Source of the DNA: a virus
Lineage: Duplodnaviria; Heunggongvirae; Uroviricota; Caudoviricetes
Direction: 5' to 3' (one strand)
DNA length: 64,000 nucleotides
IMG/VR virus record: IMGVR_UViG_3300012348_000120
Within the stretch, counting starts at the first letter, position 1, and every line of letters begins with the position of its first letter. Shown piece by piece: positions 1 to 8,624 of this stretch. The notes beneath the pieces were generated by a model. The model searched no databases. It saw nothing but the letters and a program-made list of their open reading frames with translations, and had not been told where the DNA came from. Made by a program: the position numbers and the translations under genes.

Positions 1-144
1 TCCAAGTTCCCCGTCAAGAGGTAAAAACCATTTACATCCACAACTACAGTCTGGATAATCTTGATTGTCAGCCCATCGCTTTACTTCACCACCATAATCT
101 GTATAATCAGATGGAAGGACTTTTACAAACGACATATCAATCAT
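1..144 (-). CDS. hypothetical Cys-rich protein; start (ATG at 144) lies in the window, 3' end truncated at the window edge
   Basis: minus-strand frame open from the ATG at 144 to position 1 (MIDMSFVKVLPSDYTDYGGEVKRWADNQDYPDCSCGCKW...); not in the ORF track because it is under 60 aa. Confidence 0.4.
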   Translation of the reverse strand, partial: MIDMSFVKVLPSDYTDYGGEVKRWADNQDYPDCSCGCKWFLPLDGELG

Positions 145-162
145 ATTCAGACCTTTTTATTT

Positions 163-238
163 TGGTAGTCCCCCTCGGACTTGAACCGAGATATCCGTTC
201 TTATGAGGAACGCTCATTCACCAATTATGATAAAGGAC
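163..238 (-). tRNA. tRNA with CAU anticodon (Met or lysidine-Ile), CCA encoded
   Basis: reverse complement folds as a cloverleaf with acceptor stem GTCCTTT/AGGGGAC-type pairing, anticodon stem CGTTC/GAACG, loop CTCATAA, T-loop GGTTCAAGTCC, 3' CCA. Confidence 0.7.
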
Positions 239-354
239 CGTAATTCTGATCGGTTTGTCGCAGACACCGAAAAACTGCTTTCAGCAACCTAGACGCAGAG
301 CATCATCCCTGTAGGACCATTGTCCCGCAACCGCCATCGTGTTACTGTCTAAAA

Positions 355-437
355 TGGTGTCCCCTGTCGGACTCGAACCGACACTCCTAAGAAGGAGATT
401 TTAAGTCTCCCGCGCCTACCAATTACGCCAAGGGGAC
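355..437 (-). tRNA. tRNA-Leu (UAA anticodon), class II with long variable arm, CCA encoded
   Basis: reverse complement: 7-bp acceptor GTCCCCT/AGGGGAC, anticodon stem GGAGA/TCTCC, loop CTTAAAA, T-loop GGTTCGAGTCC, 83 nt. Confidence 0.65.
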
Positions 438-557
438 GTTTATTTCGTTTCCGACACCAGCCCCCATACCCGCCGTGTCAGTGATTACTTCCATATCCCA
501 AAGAGAACAAGAAAGGAGAAAAGTTCTCAACGGTTTATTAAGTATCTTTCCTAAGAT

Positions 558-634
558 TGGCGATTCCGACAGGACTCGAACCTGTAACCCACAGCTTAGA
601 AGGCTGTTGCTCTATCCAGTTGAGCTACGGAACC
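558..634 (-). tRNA. tRNA-Arg (UCU anticodon), CCA encoded
   Basis: reverse complement: acceptor GGTTCCG/CGGAATC (one G-U pair), anticodon stem ACAGC/GCTGT, loop CTTCTAA, T-loop GGTTCGAGTCC. Confidence 0.7.
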
Positions 635-855
635 ATTATGTAGGTATTTATCAAATGGCTTTCAGTTCAGCACGAGACACGCCGTTGTGTCCACGAATGG
701 CATGAAAGAAAGACAAGGCGGCGGCACGAGTATCAAACACTTTTTCACCAGCATGACGACCATAGCGGCTCCAAACGACTTTGAACATTTCGTTCATCCC
801 TCTCTTGATTACTTTCTTACTATAGCTGATTCGCGTTAGATTGTCAAGTGTGTTT

Positions 856-1191
856 TCAGAGTTTGATGCCGAGAACTTCAAGTTCTTCTGCGGTGAGTTT
901 ACCCAAAGCAACTTTGCGAAGTTCTTCCTTACGCTTTTCAGCAGCTTCACGAGCACGGCGCTTTTCATCTTTCTCTTTGTGCTTCTTCCACCAAAGACCA
1001 AGAGTGCGGCGTTTCACGCCAGCTTCTTCCCAATCAACCAAGTCAAGAACCTTGTTCAGTTCGTCTACACCGAGTTTGGTTTCAAGTGCAGTCAACATAC
1101 CGCACATCGATGCTTCAAGCATATTGTGTTCAGCAACATCATCGCGGCTCACGCGAACTTCATCACTCCAACCACCATCACTGCAAGGCAT
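856..1191 (-). CDS. hypothetical protein with basic Lys/Arg-rich C-terminus
   Basis: ORF with AGGAGA RBS before the ATG at 1191; 3' end overlaps a hairpin. Confidence 0.5.
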   Translation of the reverse strand: MPCSDGGWSDEVRVSRDDVAEHNMLEASMCGMLTALETKLGVDELNKVLDLVDWEEAGVKRRTLGLWWKKHKEKDEKRRAREAAEKRKEELRKVALGKLTAEELEVLGIKL

Positions 1192-1226
1192 TTTGTATCT
1201 CCTTATGTTTCAGAAGTAGGGTTGGT

Positions 1227-1530
1227 TCAGGCAGCAGCCTGAACCTTATTCACCATCATTGCAGGAACTTTCCAGTTCGTAGTCACATTGTTCAGAGCCT
1301 TCTGAGAAACAATCAGGTTCTTGCGATTGACTTTTGTGACAACACCACGAATGGTCATACCACGAGCAACAAATTCAACTTGGTCACCAACAACAACCGA
1401 GCGAACATTTTGGTTGGTAATGAAGGTGCGTTGAAGTTTGATGCGTTCAGCAATGCGAACGATTTGGTCAAAGTCGGCTTTACCGATTAGAGCAAGAACG
1501 GTGTCCATTTCAGTGGCGGTGAGTTTCATT
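1227..1530 (-). CDS. hypothetical protein (start trimmed to MKLTATEM)
   Basis: ATG follows the conserved leader aagagaggaaatcaaaATG; the upstream part of the track ORF is the translated promoter. Confidence 0.55.
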
Positions 1531-1548
1531 TTGATTTCCTCTCTTTTG

Positions 1549-1590
1549 CTTACAGGATATGTATATCGTGATTCGTTCAGAATGTCAAGC
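1549..1590 (-). promoter_or_regulatory. early sigma70-type promoter plus conserved leader (copy)
   Basis: gene-sense TTGACA-ttctgaacgaatcac-gaTATACA-tatcctgtaagc then RBS. Confidence 0.6.
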
Positions 1591-1782
1591 AGATTCTTCA
1601 ACGTAAAAGTTATGAGTTTCTTTTACGAATTGAGAAAGCCAAGCATCAACCATATCAATGTATGATTTATACTTTGCAACTGGGATTGCGCCATTCAATC
1701 CAGTGTAAGGATCATAGGTGACGCCTTTGGTTTCATACACAACGTAGATGGGATTTTCTAACAACTCAGTTTTCATCATCAC
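1585..1782 (-). CDS. hypothetical protein (start trimmed to MMKTELLENP)
   Basis: RBS agggaag before ATGATG; promoter cassette immediately upstream. Confidence 0.5.
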   Translation of the reverse strand: MMMKTELLENPIYVVYETKGVTYDPYTGLNGAIPVAKYKSYIDMVDAWLSQFVKETHNFYVEESA

Positions 1783-1790
1783 TTCCCTAT

Positions 1791-1833
1791 TGGTTACATT
1801 GTATGTATATAGTGATTCGTTCAGATAGTCAAG
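1791..1833 (-). promoter_or_regulatory. early promoter plus conserved leader (copy)
   Basis: gene-sense TTGACT-atctgaacgaatcac-TATATA-catacaatgtaacc. Confidence 0.6.
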
Positions 1834-2230
1834 TGAAAACCATAGGAAGAATTGCCATAAACATAGCAAAAATCCCACCAGCAACGACTTTCATCATATA
1901 ATTACTGGACTTCAAATCGCGAACTTGTCGTTGCAATGAATAATTTTTGCTCATCAGACTGCGATGTTCAGTTGACAGATTGTCATACATGTATTTCAAT
2001 GTCTGCAAGTCAGCAGAGTTTGCGTTTTGCTTATGATAGTTGTAATAAGCCAGTGCCTTCTCATACCAATACTTCGCGGTATGGCCATTGTAAGTAACTT
2101 CTTCAACCTTGGTGTCAAAGGATTGAGTTACTTTTCCACCTTTTTTTCGTGCCATACGCAGACAAGCAATCGCTTCATCTTCTGAAGTTGTGCTCATAGC
2201 CTTGGCGATAAGTTGGTTAGTTGTGCTCAT
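1829..2230 (-). CDS. hypothetical protein with C-terminal transmembrane helix
   Basis: 133-aa ORF; hydrophobic C-terminus VVAGGIFAMFMAILPMVF. Confidence 0.5.
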   Translation of the reverse strand: MSTTNQLIAKAMSTTSEDEAIACLRMARKKGGKVTQSFDTKVEEVTYNGHTAKYWYEKALAYYNYHKQNANSADLQTLKYMYDNLSTEHRSLMSKNYSLQRQVRDLKSSNYMMKVVAGGIFAMFMAILPMVFT

Positions 2231-2478
2231 TTTACTTCCACTTCACGATATTGAACTTCAAGCCATTCATATGCAGAAATAGCATCATTAGGAATCCAGC
2301 GACCTTTGACAAACTCATGCTCACGACCATGGTTAGGTAAGTCAGCGTAAGCCTCTTCGGCTGTTGGCCAACGATCAAGAACTACCGCGCTGTTTGGATA
2401 GTTACAACCATATTGGTCAACTTGTTGAATAACAACTTGCCATTCACACTGAATTGTTTTTGTCCTGAAGTTTTTCAT
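2227..2478 (-). CDS. hypothetical protein
   Basis: 83-aa ORF; ATGA overlap with the upstream gene. Confidence 0.5.
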   Translation of the reverse strand: MKNFRTKTIQCEWQVVIQQVDQYGCNYPNSAVVLDRWPTAEEAYADLPNHGREHEFVKGRWIPNDAISAYEWLEVQYREVEVK

Positions 2479-2646
2479 CAGTAATCCCGCTCAGTTTCAA
2501 ACATCACGCCAAAGACAAACATCAGGGCAAGCCCTGGAATAGCAAGGGCAGCAGCAACCCATAGGGAAACTCCTTCATCAATGCAACCAGCGGCAATCAC
2601 CATCAAAAGACCAATCATAACCATCACAGTGCGAAACCAAGCCATT
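2478..2646 (-). CDS. small hydrophobic membrane protein (about 56 aa)
   Basis: not in the ORF track; RBS cagaaaggaaaataca then ATG; two predicted TM helices; stop overlaps the next ATG. Confidence 0.45.
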
Positions 2647-2662
2647 GTATTTTCCTTTCTGA

Positions 2663-2929
2663 TTAGGTGCGAACCGAAATGGTTGAACCATCTTTGAATT
2701 TCATATAGAAGCCATCATAGTAGTCAGCATCACCATGATCTTTTTCAAACTTGCCATATTCTTCTTCAAGGGCATCATATGCAATCACGGGAACAGACGT
2801 ATGAAACAGCTTGGCATCACGAGGATCAAACTTGACAAACTGTGCAAGGTGAGCGATGGTGGTTGACGTATCACCTTCTGCGGGATTGATCAGAAGCCGA
2901 GAACCGAAATGAGAAGCGAGAGTTTTCAT
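2663..2929 (-). CDS. hypothetical protein (start trimmed to MKTLASHFGS)
   Basis: ATG after a conserved-leader-like RBS; the track ORF runs through the promoter. Confidence 0.5.
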   Translation of the reverse strand: MKTLASHFGSRLLINPAEGDTSTTIAHLAQFVKFDPRDAKLFHTSVPVIAYDALEEEYGKFEKDHGDADYYDGFYMKFKDGSTISVRT

Positions 2930-2946
2930 GGTTGTCTCCTTGTTTG

Positions 2947-2986
2947 CTACAGGATATGTATATAGTGATTCGTAGTTCTTGTCAAG
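2947..2986 (-). promoter_or_regulatory. early promoter plus leader (copy)
   Basis: gene-sense TTGACA-agaactacgaatcac-TATATA-catatcctgtagc. Confidence 0.6.
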
Positions 2987-3194
2987 CCACATTCGGCTCA
3001 AGACGGAAAAACCACGAGTTTTTGTTTTCGGAAAACTTCGCAAGCACACGCTCACCGCAATGACGATAAGTGTTCATCAAACGAAGGCAAGCGAGTTCGG
3101 AACCAAAGGCATATAGCGTTCCACCAATTTCTTCAACCTCAAGATTTTCTTTTGCATGGATTTCAAACTCACGCTTGGCACGGAAAAGGTTCAT
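2982..3194 (-). CDS. hypothetical protein
   Basis: ATG preceded by cctgtaaccaagagagaggaaaccag. Confidence 0.5.
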   Translation of the reverse strand: MNLFRAKREFEIHAKENLEVEEIGGTLYAFGSELACLRLMNTYRHCGERVLAKFSENKNSWFFRLEPNVA

Positions 3195-3210
3195 CTGGTT
3201 TCCTCTCTCT

Positions 3211-3252
3211 TGGTTACAGATTACTTATATAGTGATTCGTATGGAATGTCAA
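3211..3252 (-). promoter_or_regulatory. early promoter plus leader (copy)
   Basis: gene-sense TTGACA-ttccatacgaatcac-TATATAagtaatctgtaacc. Confidence 0.6.
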
Positions 3253-3262
3253 TAGAAAAAAC

Positions 3263-4513
3263 TCAAGCGGCGGCAACCGCTTGAGTCCGAGCACGTTTCA
3301 TGCCTTCTTTGATCTTTTCAACTTTCTTTTCACCATTCGGGAAAACATCGTTGAACTTCACACTCTTGAACGCTTCCCACTTAGTCAGCAGAACATCCAG
3401 TTGATCAACAGGATTGTTTTCACTACCCAGACGACCACGCTCATCGCACATACCAACCCGATGCAGAACATTCACAGTCTCAGGATCATTCAGCGAACCC
3501 ATTTCATCAAACATTTTGACGAAAGTTTTAGCAGTCAGTTCATCCAGCTTGTGCATATTCATGTGAAACCGAGTAGCTTTCATAGCACGGTCACGCATCT
3601 TAGCAGGAACAGTCAGCCGATCAGCAAAGGCTTCAACAACGGGAACACCTTTCACGTCATGACCGAAGTGCTTCGGAAAGTCTTCTTTACGAGTCAGACC
3701 TTTACCAAAGTCATGAACCAGTGCAGCAAACCGAGTTTCCAGATCAAACCCAAACTTGGCAGCTTGAGTCAGAACCAGCATGGTATGCTCAAAGGCATTA
3801 CCTTCGGGATGCCAACGACGACTTTCCATTGCAGAACACAGGGCATACACTTCAGGAAACAGAACATGCAGAGCATCACATTCCAGCAGCGTATCAAAGA
3901 ACAGACGAGGATGGGGTTCCATCAGAGCACGGCTCAGTTCTTTCCACACACGTTCAGCAGTCAGTTCGTTCAGAACACCCTTCTTGGCCATCATGTGAAC
4001 CAGTTCACGAGTTTCCTTGGCAACAGTCCATTCCGCACCAAAACGAGCGCGAAACCGAGCCAGCCGCAGAACACGAACAGGGTCTTCAACAAAAGCATCA
4101 GAAGTATGACGCAGCACTTTCGCTTGCAGATCGTCTTGACCACCAAAGGGATCAAACAGAGCAAAACGACCTTCGTCACCTTCAACAAAGAACTCAGTGT
4201 CTTCCATCCGTTGCAGAGACATACTGTTGATGGTCAGGTCACGACGAGACAGGTCTTCTTCCAGCGTCACATCAGTGCCGAACTCAGAAGTGAAACCCAG
4301 ATACCCAGTGCCAGTCTTTTTTTCACGACGAGCCAGAGCAAATTCTTCACCAGTTTCGGGGTGCAGAAACACAGGAAAATCAGCGCCAACTTTTTCAAAG
4401 CCAGCAGCCAGCATTTCTTCGACCGTGGAACCAACCACCACGAAATCTTTATCTTTCGGCTCCATGCCCATCAGCATATCGCGAACAGCACCGCCGACCA
4501 GAAACGTTTGCAT
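3263..4513 (-). CDS. cca: CCA-adding tRNA nucleotidyltransferase with HD domain
   Basis: N-terminal PolB-type NTase (GGAVRD...DxD) plus HD-domain residues along 417 aa; start trimmed to MQTFLVGG after RBS aaggaa. Confidence 0.85.
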   Translation of the reverse strand: MQTFLVGGAVRDMLMGMEPKDKDFVVVGSTVEEMLAAGFEKVGADFPVFLHPETGEEFALARREKKTGTGYLGFTSEFGTDVTLEEDLSRRDLTINSMSLQRMEDTEFFVEGDEGRFALFDPFGGQDDLQAKVLRHTSDAFVEDPVRVLRLARFRARFGAEWTVAKETRELVHMMAKKGVLNELTAERVWKELSRALMEPHPRLFFDTLLECDALHVLFPEVYALCSAMESRRWHPEGNAFEHTMLVLTQAAKFGFDLETRFAALVHDFGKGLTRKEDFPKHFGHDVKGVPVVEAFADRLTVPAKMRDRAMKATRFHMNMHKLDELTAKTFVKMFDEMGSLNDPETVNVLHRVGMCDERGRLGSENNPVDQLDVLLTKWEAFKSVKFNDVFPNGEKKVEKIKEGMKRARTQAVAAA

Positions 4514-4532
4514 TGGTGATTCCTTTCTCATT

Positions 4533-4570
4533 ACTGTTATACCATACAGTATGATTCTTTCTTTGTCAAA
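4533..4570 (-). promoter_or_regulatory. sigma70-type promoter for cca (variant: TTGACA-N17-TATGGTATAAC)
   Basis: gene-sense TTGACAaagaaagaatcatactgTATGGTATAAC. Confidence 0.5.
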
Positions 4571-4601
4571 TAAAAAAGAGGGTTTCCCCTCTTTATTTTT
4601 G
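4571..4601 (-). terminator. intrinsic terminator hairpin (GAGGG-tttc-CCCTC flanked by A/T runs)
   Basis: aaaaaagagggtttcccctctttattttt, symmetric, downstream of CDS 4593..4787. Confidence 0.6.
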
Positions 4602-4787
4602 TTCTACAACTCGTATTTCTTTTTCTGCAATCATATACCAATCAGGTGCGATTGGTAGTTGATTGAATGAGTTGATATGGTCACGATACTTGATTGCTTC
4701 TTCTATTGTGTCAAACAGTGCATATTCTCGTGTTTGCCCCCAACCACGTTCTGATTCGATGGTGCAAACTTCATATTTTACTTTCAT
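4593..4787 (-). CDS. hypothetical protein
   Basis: 64-aa ORF with RBS. Confidence 0.5.
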   Translation of the reverse strand: MKVKYEVCTIESERGWGQTREYALFDTIEEAIKYRDHINSFNQLPIAPDWYMIAEKEIRVVEQK

Positions 4788-4845
4788 CTTGGGTTCCTTT
4801 CTGTTTCTATACTTCTATGATAGGTCCATAAACAAAGTTTGTCAA

Positions 4846-4878
4846 ACAAAAAAGGCGACCGAAGCCGCCTTTTGTTGA
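4846..4878 (-). terminator. UUCG-tetraloop intrinsic terminator (copy 1)
   Basis: aaaaaaggcgaccgaagccgccttttgttg; GGCGGCUUCGGUCGCC stem-loop plus U-tract in gene sense, downstream of LemA. Confidence 0.7.
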
Positions 4879-4880
4879 GA

Positions 4881-5426
4881 TTATCGTAGTTTGAGAGGTT
4901 CTTCAATTCCAGTCTTGAATGCTTCTTCGGTTCGGGCATTCGTAACAATCTTATAGTCGTCAAGATTGATTTTCGGGTATCCAGCAATTCGCATCCAAGT
5001 GCCTTGCCAGAAAGAACCAAGAGCAGTTTCATAAACACGTTTTTGATCAATCAACCGAGTTTGAGAGTTTGCAAAATCAATACGACCAGCTTCAATCATA
5101 CGTTGTAGTTGAGTATAAACCGTGCTGTCAATAGTTGGGTTTTGTTCCTGAATGAACTGAAACATAGCTTTTGAACCTTCTTCACCATAACGAGCATCAA
5201 GGGCAGCGGTTACAACGGCAGTAAGATCATCACGTTGCATAGCAGGGATTTGTGCAGCTTCGCCAATACGGTTGCTATACTGCGCAAGAACGTTTTTGTT
5301 GTCTTCAAATGTAGCAACAATTTGATTTTCAAGTTGGTTTGCAGTGTTATACGCTGTGATATAACTCATACTGACAATTCCAACAAGACCAACAACAAAA
5401 ACAAGGGCGGCGATTAGGTATTTCAT
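4881..5426 (-). CDS. lemA: LemA-family membrane protein
   Basis: N-terminal TM helix then LemA-like domain (AQIPAMQRDDLTAVV...FANSQTRLIDQKRVYE...); start trimmed to MKYLIAALVF after AAGGAGA. Confidence 0.75.
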   Translation of the reverse strand: MKYLIAALVFVVGLVGIVSMSYITAYNTANQLENQIVATFEDNKNVLAQYSNRIGEAAQIPAMQRDDLTAVVTAALDARYGEEGSKAMFQFIQEQNPTIDSTVYTQLQRMIEAGRIDFANSQTRLIDQKRVYETALGSFWQGTWMRIAGYPKINLDDYKIVTNARTEEAFKTGIEEPLKLR

Positions 5427-5436
5427 CTTTTTCTCC

Positions 5437-6546
5437 TTAGACGATTTCATATTTGTTCATCACATATGTGATGAGTGGGGTTACGATGAGAAGGACAATC
5501 AGTGCCAAGACAAATGCCCAAGTTGGCGGAACAATGTCGTTTGACAGGTATTCAAAAGCATCCATTGATTGGAGTTTATAGTCACTCCGAATCACATTCT
5601 CAATATAGGCATTGATAGTGTCAATGTCAAGAACTTTCGCATCATAAATTGCATCACGGATTTTAACATTTACGATACTATCAGAACTCCAACTACGAAC
5701 ATCTACCCAAGATACTTTGTCATCAGACATGCCAACAACAACAATCACATCGTTGATATTATGAGCATCCCAAGATTGCGCAAGTTGTTCTGCAAAGTTT
5801 TGCGTTTTACTGGTTACTACTACAATTACGTTTGCACCAGTTTTCATAACATTTGAGTTTAGAACAGAAAGTTTCTTATTCCACTCTGCTTTCATAGTGG
5901 CTGACATAGCATAATCAACTGTGATCACACGATCAGTCTTATAAAAATCATAGATTTTTGGATATGAGATTGATGGTAGTTCTTCTGGTTTCAGGCGTTT
6001 ATTGAAAAGACTTGCTGATGCACCACGAATATAGTTGGTGTATGAGACTTGACCAGACACAGGATCACCAACTTTCACTTCTGCAAAACGAGGTGGCGTA
6101 TTTACACCTTGGGCATCAACACGAGAAACCTCATACGTGTCAATTGTTGAGGTAATAAAGTAGCGGCGTTCCCAAGGATATACTGAACGGTATTGTGTTT
6201 TGTATTTTGGTGTGCAAGTCCGCTTATCATTTATAGTAGTGCAAGTTTGGCCATCACGGACTCGACGAGTATTTTGGTTTGTGCAAAAACTATCTGGCCA
6301 ATCACTCCAATATTGATCACATGATTTCTTACGTGGATCAAGTTCTGTCACCACGCCATTTACAAACTTAACATCACTTGTCTGTGATCCAACGCCAGTG
6401 AGGAATACCAGAAATATGATGAGACTTGTTGCGAAAAACTGAATCGCAATTTCACCCCAAGTAATATTCATATGAAGAAATATCTTGGCGATACCAATCC
6501 ATACAATAAGAGGAAGAATGAATAGAAATGCATAGTATATGGTCAT
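5437..6546 (-). CDS. membrane protein with two N-terminal TM helices and a Cys-rich extracytoplasmic domain
   Basis: 369-aa ORF; promoter TTGACA-N17-TATATG just upstream at 6560-6605. Confidence 0.55.
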   Translation of the reverse strand: MTIYYAFLFILPLIVWIGIAKIFLHMNITWGEIAIQFFATSLIIFLVFLTGVGSQTSDVKFVNGVVTELDPRKKSCDQYWSDWPDSFCTNQNTRRVRDGQTCTTINDKRTCTPKYKTQYRSVYPWERRYFITSTIDTYEVSRVDAQGVNTPPRFAEVKVGDPVSGQVSYTNYIRGASASLFNKRLKPEELPSISYPKIYDFYKTDRVITVDYAMSATMKAEWNKKLSVLNSNVMKTGANVIVVVTSKTQNFAEQLAQSWDAHNINDVIVVVGMSDDKVSWVDVRSWSSDSIVNVKIRDAIYDAKVLDIDTINAYIENVIRSDYKLQSMDAFEYLSNDIVPPTWAFVLALIVLLIVTPLITYVMNKYEIV

Positions 6547-6559
6547 GTATCACCTATTG

Positions 6560-6605
6560 ATCGATTACGAATCCATACATATACTATACAGATAAATTTG
6601 TCAAG
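6560..6605 (-). promoter_or_regulatory. early promoter (variant) for CDS 5437..6546
   Basis: gene-sense TTGACAaatttatctgtatagTATATGtatggattcgtaatcg. Confidence 0.5.
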
Positions 6606-6609
6606 TGTT

Positions 6610-7168
6610 TTTTTCATACAGATACTTACTTTGTAAGTATCAAATTATTATAGATATTCATTCCTCGCTATCACTTCGTCATTCATATCTATAATAATTC
6701 TTTTAGTTATGATATTATTTTGAATATCATTTCCAGAGCCAAGATACACTTTGCCTTCAGGCTGGCAAGCGTGTATCTATGGGGAAATCTTTTCCGTCAC
6801 ACTGATACTTCATACAGAACAACCTTATAATGTCAGGTTATGGTGGTCACGCGGTGCCATTTTACGTTCTAACTTATTATGACGCAGACATGCTATAGCA
6901 GTATGAATTACATTAGCAGTCTTGCAAGTTTCCGAGGTGTCGTGAAGAGCTTGCTCATTTTCAAGTGGTCATCTTGATACATAAACGAACTCAGGCATCG
7001 GTAAAATGCCTGAGCACACATTGTTACTATATCTATTCGCATAGTGGTTTATTACTACCGAAAACGTAACAGAGGATATATCCTCATTATTTGTGTTATG
7101 GGTTTTACTACCTTTATATGACAGGTATTACCTGACCTTATTAGAGTATCATAGACTCCATGATTCGG
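6610..7168. other. roughly 560-bp ORF-free, hairpin-dense intergenic region; candidate structured ncRNA(s) or origin
   Basis: no ORF of 60 aa or more on either strand; several perfect palindromes or hairpins (6621-6641, 6648-6693, 6751-6787, 6993-7017, 7071-7084, 7123-7135). Confidence 0.4.
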
Positions 7169-7417
7169 TCAACATACTACTTTATCAAAATATGCTTTTA
7201 GTTCTGTGAATCCACCAATGTGATTTCCATCTACCCAGATTTGAGGATATGTTCTTGGCGTATATCCAGCTTTTTCACACTCTATAAGCATGTTTTCTTT
7301 TGCCCCATCTACAAACTCAACGTTCAATTCTTCATACTGAACGCCACGAATTTGCAATAGTGTTTTCGCTTGAATGCAATAACTGCATCCATTTTTTGTG
7401 TATATTTTTGCTTTCAT
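7169..7417 (-). CDS. nrdC: glutaredoxin (T4 NrdC-like)
   Basis: 82 aa with CxYC active site (NGCSYCIQAK) and a thioredoxin fold. Confidence 0.8.
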   Translation of the reverse strand: MKAKIYTKNGCSYCIQAKTLLQIRGVQYEELNVEFVDGAKENMLIECEKAGYTPRTYPQIWVDGNHIGGFTELKAYFDKVVC

Positions 7418-7420
7418 TTT

Positions 7421-7735
7421 TTATCCATATAATATAATAAGATGTGCCTTTGTTTCGTCTGGCACATTAGTTTTGTTGATCCATTCATCAAAGTCATAAC
7501 GTTCACCATTCAAATAGAAATCAGAAAAATCATTTTCAATTATATCGGCTGGACCATCATTACGATGTATTTTTCCATAGCGGTAATATATTTTTCTATT
7601 TGCAGTGTGGTCAATATACGCTGCGCCTTTTTCTCTATGAAGACAACCGTATCTGTAATACATTGTCAAATTGCCATCTTGATAGATGGTATATTTATGA
7701 TCACCTTTACTTTTTGGTCTTTTGTAGTTCTTCAT
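7421..7735 (-). CDS. MORN-repeat-like protein
   Basis: repeated YYRYG(x)HRxxGPA motifs; paralogous to CDS 29562..29837. Confidence 0.45.
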   Translation of the reverse strand: MKNYKRPKSKGDHKYTIYQDGNLTMYYRYGCLHREKGAAYIDHTANRKIYYRYGKIHRNDGPADIIENDFSDFYLNGERYDFDEWINKTNVPDETKAHLIILYG

Positions 7736-8135
7736 TTGTTACTCGTTTTCGTAGATCACTTGAACTGAATCTGTGATCTCTCTGGTTGAAGTGAATTTCA
7801 ATTCCACGCTTTTTACAAATGTCTCTGCCTGTGAAATCCATATCTCTGTATTCAACACCAAGAATACGAATGTCAATATGCATTCCTGACAAAATATCTT
7901 CTAAGTCTTGTTCGGTTGCATATGGTATTATTTCGTCAACATACTTACATGCTCTTAGCTGTAAGTATCGTTCAACGACTGTTTGAACTGGTTTGTTCTT
8001 ATTTGGTCGGTCAATGGTTGGGTCGGTTTGAAGTCCTACAATGAGATAATCACACACTGTTTTAGCTTCTTCAAGCATCAGTGTGTGACCAGAATGTAGT
8101 AAATCAAAGGAAGACGCTGTAAATCCTATTTTCAT
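7707..8135 (-). CDS. cytidylyltransferase-like nucleotidyltransferase (TagD / RfaE-domain-II family, HxGH motif)
   Basis: FTASSFDLLHSGHTLMLEEAK...YLIVGLQTD matches the (H/T)xGH nucleotidyltransferase signature. Confidence 0.7.
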   Translation of the reverse strand: MKIGFTASSFDLLHSGHTLMLEEAKTVCDYLIVGLQTDPTIDRPNKNKPVQTVVERYLQLRACKYVDEIIPYATEQDLEDILSGMHIDIRILGVEYRDMDFTGRDICKKRGIEIHFNQRDHRFSSSDLRKRVTNEELQKTKK

Positions 8136-8408
8136 TTATATCAACATTGTAAATATGGCTGCATCATCTTCGTTGCGAAAACTGAGAGTTGCGGTCAATG
8201 TATATCTATCAAAGTATATACCAATATCTTTCCCACAGTTTTCAGCAAGAAGTTTGCGAAAGTCTTTTTCGCATTTTTTGATATTATGATTGTCGTAACT
8301 GCCAGGGTCTATACTAACAATTACGGTGTATGGAAGTCCAGCCCCTTTTATATGTCGTGTGCTGACAATCTTTATTTTGTAATCAAGGTTGGAGTTCTTC
8401 TCATACAT
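8136..8408 (-). CDS. hypothetical protein
   Basis: 90-aa ORF. Confidence 0.5.
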   Translation of the reverse strand: MYEKNSNLDYKIKIVSTRHIKGAGLPYTVIVSIDPGSYDNHNIKKCEKDFRKLLAENCGKDIGIYFDRYTLTATLSFRNEDDAAIFTMLI

Positions 8409-8414
8409 TCATTA

Positions 8415-8615
8415 TCAGCCAGCAATATCCTTAATTCGTTTTGCTTCTTCGCCTCTTTTCTCAACTGTTTTACCAGCGATAAGAAGGACCAATCCTACCA
8501 ATACGGGAGAAAGAATAAAGGCGGCGATGCCCCAACCCCAACCATTTCTACCCCAAGAGTTTGCCCAATATCCTACACCGAATGAGAATATCAGAAGAAA
8601 AATTAAAACTTCCAT
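8415..8615 (-). CDS. small membrane protein (two TM helices)
   Basis: 66-aa hydrophobic ORF. Confidence 0.5.
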   Translation of the reverse strand: MEVLIFLLIFSFGVGYWANSWGRNGWGWGIAAFILSPVLVGLVLLIAGKTVEKRGEEAKRIKDIAG

Positions 8616-8624
8616 TGTCTTTCC

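Noticed and set aside
239-354. Additional tRNA between tRNA-Met/Ile and tRNA-Leu
   Set aside because: I could not fold a cloverleaf with a T-loop GTTCRANYC consensus by eye. It may still be a small stable RNA, so it is flagged in the findings rather than annotated.
475-705. 76-aa plus-strand ORF across the tRNA island
   Set aside because: It overlaps the tRNA-Arg gene on the opposite strand and has no RBS; an artefact of the ORF track.
1200-3290. Several proteins ending in Ala-Ala-Ala (VQAAA, AVAAA) that looked like a tag
   Set aside because: The GCAGCAGCC / GCGGCGGCA codons are the stems of terminator hairpins overlapping the gene 3' ends; coincidence of hairpin sequence, not a peptide tag.
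3281-4519. 412-aa plus-strand ORF, and other long plus-strand ORFs (e.g. 23211-24214, 28555-29118, 31542-32045, 55564-56016)
   Set aside because: They are antisense shadow ORFs lying entirely within well-supported minus-strand genes (CCA enzyme, ClpX and others). They have low-complexity, stop-poor composition, no RBS, and no promoter cassette in plus orientation.
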